From: Chiloscyllium plagiosum
Lineage: Eukaryota
Assembly: GCF_004010195.1 (NCBI RefSeq)
Contig: NC_057718.1
Location: 82,678,792-82,720,426 of the forward strand
Reading direction: 5' to 3'
DNA length: 41,635 nucleotides
Positions 23,751-35,345 of the stretch are shown one piece after another (the stretch's first letter is position 1; every line of letters begins with the position of its first letter). A program made the translations under genes and the position numbers. A model generated the notes under the pieces. That model worked only from the letters and a program-made list of their open reading frames with translations, searched no databases and had not been told where the DNA came from.

Positions 23751-23930
23751 AACAGATTACACCAAATGAAGGGATGCTGTACAAAATCTGGACTACTTAA
23801 ACATAACTGAAATGCTAAACTCACTAAAACTATCTGACATCAAAATGGCAACAAAGTAATGAGACATAGCAACTAGGCATGAAAGCTGTAGAATCTCAAA
23901 ACTGGAAAGATGTGATTGAGAGAGTGTTAA

Positions 23931-24272
23931 GGGGAGGCAATGGTCTCGTCTAGTCTCTATTCCTAGTCTATTATCCATGATCTAGTCTATCATCACTAGA
24001 CTATTCATTCAGAGACCCAGGTAATGATCCAGCAACCTGGGTTCAAATACTGCCAGGGCAGGTAGTGGAATTTGAATTCAATAAAAATCTGGAATTAAGG
24101 GTTCACAAGTTCACTAATATCCTTTAGGGAAGGAAACCACTGTCCTTACCTAGTCTTATCTACATGTGACTCCAGACCCCAGCAATGGTTGACTCTTAAT
24201 TGCTCCCTGAGCAATTTGGGATGGGCAATAAAGGCTGGCCTAGCCAGCAACACTCACATCCTGTCAATTAAT
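23931..24272 (+). mobile_element. tRNA-headed SINE sharing head and tail with the LINE at 12082-15230
   Basis: B-box-like GGGTTCAAATAC; body GGAATTTGAATTCAATAA...CATGTGACTCCAGAC...GGTTGACTCTTAA; tail GGGATGGGCAATAAA. Confidence 0.75.
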
Positions 24273-24519
24273 AAAACAAAATCTTTCCCAAACTACAAGG
24301 TCTTCACAATGTTTGAAATGCTTGCAGTAGTAATCACCTGATTTTATGTTACGCAACAACTGCATTCCACAATTATTGAGGAAATGGGTTGTCAATGCAG
24401 CCGTTGTCAAAACCAAACTATTTCTTAGGGAAAAGTAGTGGTTTCCAGTTAATAACTGCGTTATGCAGATGAAAATCAATTGGTGATATCATGTCAGGCA
24501 ATCACAATGACTACATCTT

Positions 24520-24692
24520 GGCGATTTGGAGATGCCGGTGTTGGACTGGGGTGTACAAAGTTAAAAATCACATAACACCAGGTTATAGTCCAACAGGTTT
24601 AATTGGAAGCACACTAGCTCCGAAAGCTAGTGTGCTTCCAATTAAACCTGTTGGACTATAATCTGGTGTTGTGTGATTTTTAACTTTGTACA
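24520..24692. mobile_element. Palindromic insertion, probably inverted termini of another PLE family
   Basis: 68-bp inverted arms at 24552-24619 and 24625-24692 with 2 mismatches; centre GCTCCGAAAGCTA resembles a hammerhead 3' half; direct repeat TACATCTT at 24512-24519 and 24689-24696. Confidence 0.65.
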
Positions 24693-24741
24693 TCTTTGTG
24701 AGTAGTAGTTCAAGATGTTTGAATGACCTCCAGGGCTATGG

Positions 24742-25490
24742 TGTTATGGACCAGACCAAACCCCCTCAAAATATTTCAAAAAGATAACCTAGGCCATAAC
24801 ATTTTCTCATTTTAAAGGCAAGTGGCAGGCATTCTGGATGTAATTTGATCAATCAAACCATGAGATTTGAAGGAAAGTGCATTTTATTTATATACTTAGA
24901 TAAACTACAACAAAAGAAAGAAGAACTTGGAATAACTTAATTCTATTGGAAAGCTTACAGAATAATAGCTTTGCGATTTTTGGGATGTTATATAGTTATG
25001 GTGACAAAATGCCTGAAAACAAACCTTCCAGCTCAGCAAGCTAACTTACATACTTAGAATAATAGATTATTAACTACTACTAAGTAACTGTTCCAATATA
25101 ATAAAATCCCTTAAAAAAACCCTTGACAAAGGCAAATTCAGTAAAATGGACTGACTCACATGTAACATCAGCAGCAGGAGGAAAAACATCAAAAGAAAAC
25201 TCAGAGAGAGAGAGAGAGTAGCAGAGAGAGTAGCAGGGAGAGATGTATTGCAGCTTCCAACAAGCTTCAAGACTCGAGCACTTGCTACTGAAAAATGACA
25301 ACTAAAAATCTGGTTCTATGGGAGCTTGACCCCACCCATTCAGGCTGCTTCTATTATTCCAACTTTAAAAAAAAAACAAGACCCCACAAGCTATTTACTT
25401 TATGGACTTCAATAGACAGCTTGCTACCTCTGCCTTAAAACCACTCTCAAAAGAAAATACAGAATAACATATACCTCTTAAAGCTGTTGT
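24742..25490. mobile_element. Probable LTR relic containing a small PLE-terminal remnant (~24980-25053)
   Basis: Starts TGTTATGGACCAGACC; 24982-25053 resembles 21938-22007 and is flanked by an AGAATAATAG repeat; internal (AG)n. Confidence 0.4.
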
Positions 25491-25564
25491 AATGTGAGAA
25501 TGAATTGAGATGAGCTTTGATTTTGCAGGCTTGGATATAGGTGAATGTCTACTTACTACCACTA

Positions 25565-25730
25565 GGTAAAAACAAGGACTGCAGATGCTGGAAACCAGAA
25601 TCTAGATTAGGGTGGTGCTGGAAAAGCACAGCAGGTCAGACAGCATCCGAGGAGCAGGAAAATCGACGTTACGGGCAAAAGCCCTTCATCAGGAATAGAG
25701 GCAGGGTGCCTGCAGAATGGAGAGATAAAT
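25565..25730 (-). mobile_element. Short PLE-terminal unit, variant subfamily (CUGAUGA core, GAAA mutated to GUAA)
   Basis: GGACTGCAGATGCTGG...AATCGACGTTACGGGCAAAAGCCCTTCATCAGGAA; 16-bp TSD with 1 mismatch at 25548-25563 and 25737-25752. Confidence 0.8.
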
Positions 25731-27361
25731 TTTGCCTCTACTTACTGCCACTGACAACTAGAGCTATTATCCCACAGCTTAGCCAGATTTGTGCTTTGCC
25801 TGGAGCTCCTCAAACAGGGAGAAGTGAGTTCCAAAGATGAGTCATCAAGTTCAAAATGTCAACTCTGATTCTCTCACCACTGATGCTGCCATATTTACTG
25901 AATTTCACCAGTACTTCATGTTTTTATTATCCATTCAGTAGAAGTGAATTCCATAAAATCACAGACTATTCCAAATCATTCATTGAAAAGTCACACCCTA
26001 TTGGCCAAGAGCTAACAGATAAGCTGAGAAATGTATGAGTGACTCAAGAAAAGTGCTACATGTGGATGCGTGAGGGAAAGAATTGTATTGCTTTCTTTGC
26101 AATTAGAGAATGATTTCTCAGTCGATACTGGAAAGCTCCCAGTTACACTTATCTTTGCACATCCTATGTTCAGAGATCTTCCTAAATTACCATGTGAAGC
26201 TGTATACATACATAGATGTTATTGAGAACAGAAGAAAATAATGAGGTTAAATGCAGGACAATGAATGAAATTCAGAAGTACCTTGAGAAAGGCAGAGAGT
26301 ACAGTGCCAGTGAAATGTAGTGGTCACATTCAAAAGCAAGCAACTCCTTATGATGTCAGCCATTTGTTGTGACCAGCACCAAGGGATCAATGATCACCAT
26401 TAAGCCTGGTTTGCAAATCATCACATAAAATGTGTAATTCTTCAGAGCACTGAAAAAACCATTCATTAACACTGAATCTGATTCCAACATTGACATCTCA
26501 GATAACGAACACATTTTTTTTCGACAATATCCCACAAGTAGGAGAAAGCATCCACCATACAGATGTGGTTATGTTCTTTGTTTGAAAATAAATCTTCCAT
26601 CTCATTTGATGTGACTGAGTGCATTGATAAATCTATAGAAAATTATGCATAAGTAATAGTGTAACTGGTAAAAATTGAATGTTCAGGCTATGTCTAAATT
26701 TATTCTTTACACTTTTTTGAACAAACCAATAAAACACCCACGCCTCTCAGTTATGAAGAAAGGGATGGATATAATGCATTGGAAATTGCATTTATTTTAC
26801 TTAAGGTTGCCATATACATATGTCTCAATAGGAAGTTTGGAAAGAGAATAAGGAATCTTCTTTCAGCAGAACATGCTTAGTTCTGCTTCTTATTGGATCT
26901 TTCTAAGAATTTCAGTTGGTAAGTACTTTACACAGGATTTGACAAGCTGCACCAACTGCCTGATGCCAGCAGTGCTTTCAGATAGTTGATTCCCACCCCA
27001 CCCATTACTGAAACTTACACTGTGACTGAGATAGTCAGCACCTGCTCACCTCACCTACTGAAACTAACTACAGTCTGCATTGTGATTGAGATCGCTTGAC
27101 TTCTGATGTAAAACCTTCCTACTTTGAGAAACTGCTCTTGTGAGCAACTTCTCTGTGTAATGGAAGAAGCTGGATTCTTTTATCATGATATCTCTCAGCC
27201 CTATTTCCAATGTGACATCGAACTTTCACGTTTTGACAGGACCATTTAACAAATCTGCTTGTAACTCCCCAAAGAAGGAAGTGATGTTTGTGGCAATGTT
27301 ACAGGGCCTTAGCAAGGCCACACCTCGAGTATTGTGTGCAGTATTGGTCTCCTTATCTTGT

Positions 27362-27840
27362 TTTTAGTCATTCATTCACAGGATGTGAGCATCACTGGCT
27401 GGGCCAGCATTTATTGCCCATTGCTAATTACCCAGAGGGCAGTTAAGAGTCAATCACATTGCTGTGGGTCTAGAGTCACATGTAGGAGAAAGTGAGGTCT
27501 GCAGATGCTGGAGATCAGAGCTGAAAATGTGTTGCTGGAAAAGCGCAGCAGGTCAGGCAGCATCCAGGGAACAGGAGAATCGACGTTTCGGGCATAAGCC
27601 CTTCTTCAGGAAGTCACATGTAGGCCAGACCAGCGGATTTCCATCCCTAAAGGACGTTAGTGAACCAGCTGGGATTTTCTAACAATTGACATGCTTATCA
27701 TTATACTCTTATTTCCAGATTATTATTGAATTCAAATTCCATTATATGCCACAGGGGGGATTTGAACCCAGGTCCCCAGATCATTATCTAGGTTTCTGAA
27801 TTAATAGTCTAGCGATAATAGCACTAGACCATCACCTACC
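27362..27840 (-). mobile_element. tRNA-headed SINE, same family as 23931-24272
   Basis: Reverse complement of the same head, body and tail; split at 27487-27611. Confidence 0.78.
27485..27612 (-). mobile_element. Short PLE-terminal unit with intact hammerhead (27578-27612)
   Basis: Reverse complement contains CUGAAGAAGGGCUUAUGCCCGAAACGUC; TSD AGTCACATGTAGG at 27474-27486 and 27612-27624. Confidence 0.88.
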
Positions 27841-28972
27841 ATAATCACCTACCTTCCTATCTGAGGATGGATATTCTGGCTATGGAGGGTGTGCAGCAAA
27901 GTTTTATCTGACTGATTCCTGGGATGGCAGGACTGATGTATTGGTTAGGATGACAGTCACAGGAATTTAGAAGATTGAAGGGGTTCTCATAGAAACCTAT
28001 AAAATTCTAGCATGACTATACAGAGTAAATACAGGAAGGATGTTCCCGATGATGGGGGAGTTCTGAACCAGGGGCCATAATCTAAGGATGTGGAGCAGGC
28101 CATTTCGGACTTGTCTGAGGAAAGATTTCTTCACCTTAAGAATAGTAGGGCAATGGAATTCTCTGCCCCAAAAAGCAGTTGAGGCCAAAACTTTGAATAT
28201 TTTCAAGAAGAGAATAGATATTGTTCTTAGGGCTAAGGGATCAAAGGGTATGCAGGCACAACAGGGAATAGGGTGCTGATTAAGATGATCAGCCATGATC
28301 ATATTCAATGATGGAACAGGATCAATGGGCCAAATGACCTATTCCTGTTACTATTTTTCTGCATTTCTAATGTACTTTTAGCTGCAAGAGAGCTCCAGTA
28401 ATCGCGTTATCTAAAGAGCCAAGCACCTAACCTATAGCTAAAATCATTTAGAATAGTTTATTGTTATTGTAAGTTGTTAGGGTGTACACTGGAGGGTTTG
28501 TGCAGGTACTGTGGTGAATTCCTGAATTTGGCAGGGGGTATTGCTGTATCGGCACAGGAAAGGCAGAGGATTTAGTGACCTGACTGCACAAAGGTGGTAA
28601 CTGCAGTTCTGGTGCATCTTGGTCAGCAGCATGCCAGGGAGATGGAGCAGAGGCGGCAAAGAGGGAAGGTCCTGCACTTGGCCCTCTGCAAATTTGAATC
28701 TAGATTCTATACTGTTGGAGAGTGCCAGGAGGGTATCTACCAGGCCAGGGAATGCCCTGAGAATCACAGTATGTGCATTCATCAACACTATCTGTATGCC
28801 TTATCTGAGTCCCCTATGACTTTGCCCTCCAGTGACTTTCCCTGATGTGCTGCAGTCCACTCATGTCCAGTGTCTCACAGCATACAGATCCCAAATCTAC
28901 AACAGGATCTATGGCACATGTAATGGTGGTATCTCAACTGCTCGCTATTAGTGTCAGACCATCAGTGGTATG

Positions 28973-29010
28973 CTCTCTCTCTCTCCCTCTCTCTCTCTCT
29001 CTCTCGCTCT
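28973..29010. repeat. (CT)n microsatellite
   Basis: Imperfect CT run seen directly. Confidence 0.85.
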
Positions 29011-29092
29011 GCCCTTCTTTGGGATGTGTAGGGGCCATTTACCAGGGTGTTGTTGGGAATGGAGGGTTTGAGTTATTGGGAGAGGTTGGATA

Positions 29093-29790
29093 GAGCATAG
29101 AACAATATAGCACAGTACAGGCCCTTTGGCCCTCGATGTTGTGCTGACCTTTTATCCTACACTAAGATCAAATTAACCCACATTATAGAGGTTTACAAAA
29201 TTATGAGGGGCATGGATAGGGTAAATAGACAAAGTCTGTTCCCTGGGGTTGGGGAGTCCAGAACTAGAGGCCATAGGTTTAGGGTGAGAGGGGAAAGATA
29301 TAAAAGAGACCTACGGGGCAACATTTTCACGCAGAGGGTGGTACGTGTATAGAATAAGCTGCCAGAGGAAATGGTGGAGGCTGGTACAATTGCAACATTT
29401 AAGAGGCATTTGGATGGGTATATGAATAGGAAGGTTTTGGAGGGATATGGGCTGGGTGCTGGCAGCTGGGACTAGATTGGGTTGGGATATCTGGTCAGCA
29501 TGGACAAGTTGGACCGAAGGGTCTGTTTCCATGCTGTACATCTCTATGACTCTATGACTCTATACCCTATATTTTACTATCATCCATGTGCCTATCCAAG
29601 AGTTGCTGAAATGTCCCTAATGTATCTGATTCTACTACCAGTGCATTCCACGTACCCACCACTCTGTGTAAAGAACCTACCTCTGACATCACCCCTGAAC
29701 CTTCCTCCAATTACTTTAAAATTATGCCCCCTCGTGAAAGACATTTCCACCCCGGGAAAAAGTCTCTCACACTCTATCTACTTGTACACA
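29093..29790 (-). mobile_element. CR1-like 3' fragment interrupted by a younger plus-strand CR1
   Basis: CATAGAACAATATAGCACAGTACAGGCCCTTTGG at the left end; TGCATTCCACGTACCCACCACTCTGTGTAAAGAA (rc of FFTQ-VV-WN) at ~29640. Confidence 0.6.
29184..29562 (+). mobile_element. Young CR1 3' end
   Basis: Very similar to 6368-6738; (CTATGACT)2 tail. Confidence 0.9.
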
Positions 29791-29804
29791 CACGATGGGG
29801 ACGT

Positions 29805-30180
29805 TTTCCACTGGAGTGTAGGAGATTGAGATGTGATCTTATAGAGGTTTATAAAATCATAATGTGTATAGATAAGGTGATTGGCAGGTCTCTTTTCCCT
29901 AGTGTGGGGGATTTCAACACTAGGGAGTATATTTCTAAAGATAGAGGAGAAGGATTTTAAAAAGACATGAGGATGGTTCATGTTTGGAATGAATTTTCAG
30001 AGGAAGTGTGGATATGGGTACAATTACATTTAAAAGACATTTAGATAACTACATGAATAAGAAATGTTTGGAGATATATGGACTAAGTACAGGGAGGTGG
30101 GATTAGGGTTTAGTTTGGAAGTATGTTCGGCATGGATTGGTTGGACTAAAGGGTCTGTTTCTGTGTGTATGACTCTAGGA
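29805..30180 (+). mobile_element. CR1 3' end
   Basis: FPLECRRLRCDLIEVYKII; tail TATGACTCT. Confidence 0.8.
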
Positions 30181-30442
30181 CTGTATTTCTACTGTATGCC
30201 TTAGGAGATACAGCATCCTTTCCCCTCACTGCTTCTGCCCTGATCCTTTCCATTGTGCACCACCTTGTCCGGCAAGAGAGAGTGGGCAGAATGCTGGTGA
30301 TCGTGTAACACTCTGTTATGGTGATGTGCCTGTCTGAGCTGGTGTAACCACTAGGAACTGTGTGTCAGGCTGGCAGTGTCAGAGTGAGCATGAGGACGAG
30401 GTGGAGCAATATTTTCTTTCATACTGAGTTTTGAATCCGAGA

Positions 30443-30762
30443 GATTACTAGATTACTTACAGTGTGGAAACAGGCCCTTCGGCCCAACAAGTCCACACCA
30501 ACCCGCCGAAGCGTAACCCACCCAGACCCATTCCCCTACATTTACCCCTTCACCTAACACTACGGGCAATTTAGCATGGCCAATTCACCTGACCTGCACA
30601 TTTTTTGGATTGTGGGAGGAAACCGGAGCACCCGGAGGAAACCCACGCAGACATGGGGAGAACGTGCAAACTCCACACAGTCAGTCACCTGAGGCGGGAA
30701 TTGAACCCGGGTCTCTGGTGCTGTGAGGCAACAGTGCTAACCATTGTGCCACCGTGCCACCC
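30443..30762 (-). mobile_element. Well-preserved HE1-like V-SINE
   Basis: Minus strand GGGTGGCACGGTGGCACAATGGTTAGCAC (A box) ... CCCGGGTTCAATTCCCGCC (B box), V-domain-like core, CR1-type tail GGGCCGAAGGGCCTGTTTCCACACTGT. Confidence 0.88.
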
Positions 30763-31794
30763 AGAGACTGGTGGCCGGTTGGGATTTGAGTGTTGAGCAG
30801 TGGGAGAGGTCAGTGGTATGGTGGGAAGGAGATATTGACCACCCATCATCAAGCCACTTGTGGCACTCTAATGGTGAGGCTGTTGAAACCTCTTAGCTGC
30901 CATCATGCGGTTGGACCCGCAATGTCAGTCCCGTTCCCACCATCTTTAATTGGACAACAAGCCAGGAGGCAGCCAAAGTCTTTGCTGAGCTAGTCCCATT
31001 ACCAGTAAGTGTAGGCTCGGGATCACTAGTCCAGCCTGACCTCAGGTTCCCAAAGCCAGTGGGGAAAATCCAAGTCCTGAACATCCTGGGTCAGGTCTGC
31101 AAATATTGCCTGACGCTGTTGTCGTTATATCATTTCTGACAACAATTGCACACTTCACAGCTGGATCAACCAGCCTTGTGTTTGCACTCTAAACATTAAA
31201 GGACTATTGTTTCAGGTTTGTCGTTGGTTGCTGTTCACTCCTAATTGCTAACTGAAACGTTCCTGCAAGTGTCACATGACACAAAGCTGCACATAACCCA
31301 GGTTTTTCTTTCATGAAATATTCCCTTAGCATTTTAACAGAAACAACAGACTGATCAGTAAAGGCAATCCTGCTCAAACCCTGAGTATCATTTGGAATTC
31401 AAATGTAAATAGAAGCTGCCATAGACATAAAGGTGGGTTTATTGTAACAAAGGTTTGTAATTATATATTCCATGATATCTTTCAGTATTCCTTCAGTTTG
31501 TCATAGCAATTATTAACGCAATCTTTCTTTAACTATGTGGATCAGATTTCAGTGCTGTAGTTGGGTGTGACTGCTGTTTTAATCAGTGGCTGTAGCTGTC
31601 CTACTAGGAGAAGCCAATGGAGGGAGCCAAGGCCAGGTTGAGGCCAAAGTAAATAAGTTGCATTATTTTTGTACTTTCCTTGTGGTATCAGGAGGAGAGG
31701 AGCTTCAGGGTCCACAAGCTAAGGGTATCCATGTCCTAAAATTCCCATGTCCAAATATATCAGTATAAATGATTTTCTTGATTAAGTTGAAAAC

Positions 31795-32550
31795 AGTCAT
31801 AGAGTTATACAGCACAGAAACAACCCTTTGGTTCAATATCGGAGAAAGTGAGAACTGCAGATGCTGGAGATCAGAGCTGAAAAATGCGTTGCTGGAAAAG
31901 CGCAGCAGGTCAGGCAGCATCCAAGGAACAGGAGAATCAATGTTTCAGGCATGAGCCCTTTTTCAGGGCTTATGCCCGAAACGTTGATTCTCCTGTTCCT
32001 TGGATGCTGCCTGACCTGCTGCGCTTTTCCAGCAACGCATTTTTCAGCTTCGGTTCAATATGTCCATGCTGCCAGATATCCAAAACTGATCTAGTCTCAT
32101 TTGCCAGCAGTTAGCCCATATCCGTATAAATCCTTCCTATTGATATACCCTAAGCAGCATAGACAAATTGGGTTGAAGGGCCTGTTTCTATGCTGTAAAC
32201 CTCAATGAGTCTATGACCCATCCAGATGCCTTTTAAATGTTGTAATTTTACCTGCCTCCCCTACCCCCTCTGGCAGCTTGTTCCATACATGCACCAATCT
32301 CTGAGTGATAAAGTTTCCCCTCTGGTCTTTTTTAAAATCTTTCCCCTCTCACCTTAAACCTATGCCCTGTAGTTGTGGGCTCTCATATCCTGGGGAAAAG
32401 ACCTTGACTATTCACCCTATCCATGCTTGTCATGGTTTCTAAACCTCTATAAAGTCATCCTACAGCTTCCAACACTCCAGGGGAAACAGTCCCAGCTTAT
32501 TCAGCCTCAAACCTTTCAACCCTGGCAAAACCCTTGTGAATCTCTTTCTG
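31795..32550 (-). mobile_element. CR1 3' fragment with nested insertions
   Basis: Starts AGTCATAGAGTTATACAGCAC (rc of tail); resumes after 32050; a short plus-strand CR1 tail lies at ~32155-32217. Confidence 0.7.
31841..32049. mobile_element. Inverted pair of short PLE-terminal units
   Basis: Arms ~31875-31959 and ~31966-32049 are reverse complements; TSD GGTTCAATAT at 31830-31839 and 32052-32061. Confidence 0.88.
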
Positions 32551-32676
32551 AATAGAAGAAAGGAAAAATGGTGTTGCATTTGTCAAACATTTTTGATGAC
32601 TTCAGCTAATGAAGTATTTTTGAAGTGAAGCCACTGTTGTCAAACACGAAATATTAAGAAGGTTGAGGCTGTGTCT

Positions 32677-33370
32677 TTGGTCTTCACCACAAACTCTTTC
32701 CTCTGACAACTATTCTATCTGTCACCCTGCAACTGTCTAAAGATACGACAGAATCATTCGAAACCTTCATGTTGTGTTTAACCCTAAGTTGATCTTAAGA
32801 CCGAATATCACTCCATTAGCAGGTCTAATTCCTGCCACCACCCTAACATTTCCGAACTCCAATCCAACCCTCAACTCAAAGTTACTGAAATCCTATCCAT
32901 GCCTTTCTTATTTCTAAGCATGACAATTTTCCAGTTCTAACTAACCTTGTATTGGTCCCATTCACTCATCACTCTTATCCTTATTGAAGTTTACGAGCTC
33001 CTGGTTAAAGCTATGGGTCAATTTGTAAACCCTCAATCTTGTTCTAATATCTCTCAACAGCTTCTTAGACCCTCCACACATCTACAACTTCCTTCTGACT
33101 GCAAGCTCTTAAGGTCTCTGCACTCTTCCAATTCTGGAATCCTGGGCACCCCATATTCTAACTGCTTCACCATTGGACACTCAGCTGCCCTATCTTTAAA
33201 CTGGGGAGGGCCTTTCTTAAATTTCTTGGCCTTTCTACCTCTCCATTTTCATAAAAATCAGTTCCTTGACCAAGTTTTTGTTTTCTACCCTGATAGCTCT
33301 CTCTGTAACTCTGTGTCAATTCTTTTTCAATTATAATATTCTTGTAAGTGCCTTTGGATGCTTTGCTATT
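32677..33370 (+). mobile_element. Very old L2-like LINE 3' fragment
   Basis: Pyrimidine-rich decayed sequence resembling L2 ORF2 3' region (weak, by eye); its first ~215 bp recur at 33524-34065. Confidence 0.35.
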
Positions 33371-33625
33371 TGAAAGGTAAGTGGTCATTCGTGTAGTTTT
33401 ACACAACTCAGCTAATTTGCACACCAAGATTCCACAAAGAGCAAAGAGATAGATAATGTGTTTGAGTGATGTTCATTTGAGGTAGAAATATTAATCAGGA
33501 CACTGGAAGAATAATAGTGCTATTTGGTCCTCACCACAAACTCTATTCCCTGACAATTACTCTATCTGTCTCCCTGCAATGGTTTGAAGTTACGACAGAT
33601 CATTTGAGACCTTGATGTTGTCTTT

Positions 33626-33926
33626 AGATTAAATTCCGTACAGTATTGAAACAGGTCCTTCAGCCCAACAAGTCCACACTGACCCTCTGAAGAGTAACCC
33701 GCCCAGATCCATTCTCCTGCCCTATATTTACCCCTGACTAATGCACCTAACACTATGGGCAATTTAGCATGGCCAATCCACCTGACCTACACATCTTTGG
33801 ATTGTGGGAGGAAACCCATGTAGACACAGGGAGAATGTGCAAACTCCACACTGACAGTTGCCCAAGGCAGGAGTCGAACTGGGGTCCCTGGCACTGTGAG
33901 GCTAGCAGTGAGTTACCATGCCACCC
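33626..33926 (-). mobile_element. HE1-like V-SINE
   Basis: Same head, core and tail as 30443-30762. Confidence 0.82.
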
Positions 33927-34509
33927 ATCAACTCTAAGATGATTCTTTGGGTTTAACCCTAAGATAATCTTAAGACCGACTATCACTCCATCAGCAAATC
34001 TAATTCCTTCTACTACCCTAACATTTCCTAATTCCAATCCTACCTCAATTTTTTGTTACTGAAATGTCTTGAGCTTTCTACCTCTCTCTCTCTCTCTTTT
34101 ATATCTGAATGAGAGAACAGGCTATACCTCAGTTTCGTAGCTCATTCAAAAGACATCGAAATGCAGCACTCCCTCAGTACTGTGTTGGCGTGTTAGCTGG
34201 ATTATTCTGAAAATATGATCTGTCCTAACCAACCGTTTCTTTCTCAAATACTCAAAACACCTCCCTCAGCTTTTCCACTATCCTATAATCTTCAGCTTTT
34301 GAAAGCCTGAGCTTGGCAGCATTTAATCACCACTTCCTATTTACCTCCCCTTTGAGTTAATGTTATGAAACTTGATGCTATCAGCAGTACGCACCTCAGT
34401 AACTCATCAGTAACTCAGAAACAGCATCATAGAAGCATAGAACATACAGCTTTCCAACATGTAGCAATAACAGCAAGTATACACAAAGGTCCACTGGCAA
34501 AATGTGTGA

Positions 34510-34714
34510 CTGAAAATGTGTTGCTGGAAAAGCGCAGCAGGTCAGGCAGCATCCAGGGAACAGGAGAATCAACGTTTCGGGCATAAGCCCTTCTTCAGGC
34601 TTATGCCCGAAACGTCGATTCTCCTGTTCCCTGGATGCTGCCTGACCTGCTGCGCTTTTCCAGCAACACATTTTCAGCTCTGATCTCCAGCATCTGCAGA
34701 CCTCACTTTCTCCT
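34510..34714. mobile_element. Inverted pair of short PLE-terminal units; minus-strand hammerhead at ~34567-34599 with GUU triplet
   Basis: Arms 34510-34589 and 34598-34677 are near-perfect reverse complements; TSD TGTGTGACTG at 34503-34512 and 34720-34729. Confidence 0.88.
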
Positions 34715-35045
34715 CAAAGTGTGTGACTGCAAACTGGGCAGGATGTTATAGAATCTTACAATCTTGAGACATAAAACAAAGTATCTAACTCATTATATCT
34801 GGACAAATCCTTTGGAAGTGCTATACAATTAGGGTCTATCCAAATAGCCCTGCAGATTTCCCCTCTTCAGATATTTATCTCATTGAAGTAGTTGTTATGG
34901 AAATAAGGAGGGGTGAGATCATGTTGGAATTTAATCAGAAAATTAACAATTTAAAATGGGAGCTACTCAAGGTCTGGCGTCCATGTAGGTTAGTGAACAC
35001 AGGAGTGATGGCTGAGCAGAACTTGTAGCAGGAGAGATATAGGTT

Positions 35046-35345
35046 AGAATCACAGACTCCCACAGTGCAGAAAGAGGCCATTCAGCCCATCAAATCTGTA
35101 CCAACTCTCTTTACAGCATAAAAACAGAACCTTTGGCCCAACTGATCCACGCTGACCAGGTTTCCTAAACGGAATTCGTCCCATTTGCCTGTGCTTGGCC
35201 CATATCCCTCTAATCCTTTCCTATCCAAGCCAAGCTCTGCACCTTATCCTTTAAATCCACATTTACCATGGCTAATCCTATACTTCCCTGGTCACTACAG
35301 AGCAATTTAGCATGGCCAATGACCTAACTTGCACAACTTTGCAGA
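35046..35345 (-). mobile_element. Partial HE1-like SINE with nested CR1 tail fragment
   Basis: GCAATTTAGCATGGCCAAT core at ~35302; CR1 tail reverse complement at ~35122-35228. Confidence 0.6.

Larger units (their letters stand above)
27270..28370 (+). mobile_element. CR1 3' portion, interrupted by a SINE that is itself interrupted by a PLE unit
   Basis: CCACACCTCGAGTATTGTGTGCAG (PHLEYCVQ) at ~27318; FFTLRIVGQWNSLPQKAVEAKTLNIFKKRID (28088-28279 ORF). Confidence 0.8.

Noticed and set aside
26860..26925. Candidate exon TCTTTCAG...TTG/GTAAGT
   Set aside because: Isolated signals expected by chance in 40 kb; no recognisable coding content.
30690..30762. tRNA genes at A/B-box sites (also ~1700, ~15200, ~20560, ~33880)
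   Set aside because: No complete cloverleaf; each continues into a SINE or LINE body.
1292..34671. Recurrent peptides CCWKSAAGQAAS...ENRRFGHKPFFR and MLPDLLRFSSN as a gene family
   Set aside because: They are translations of the non-coding PLE terminal unit on either strand.
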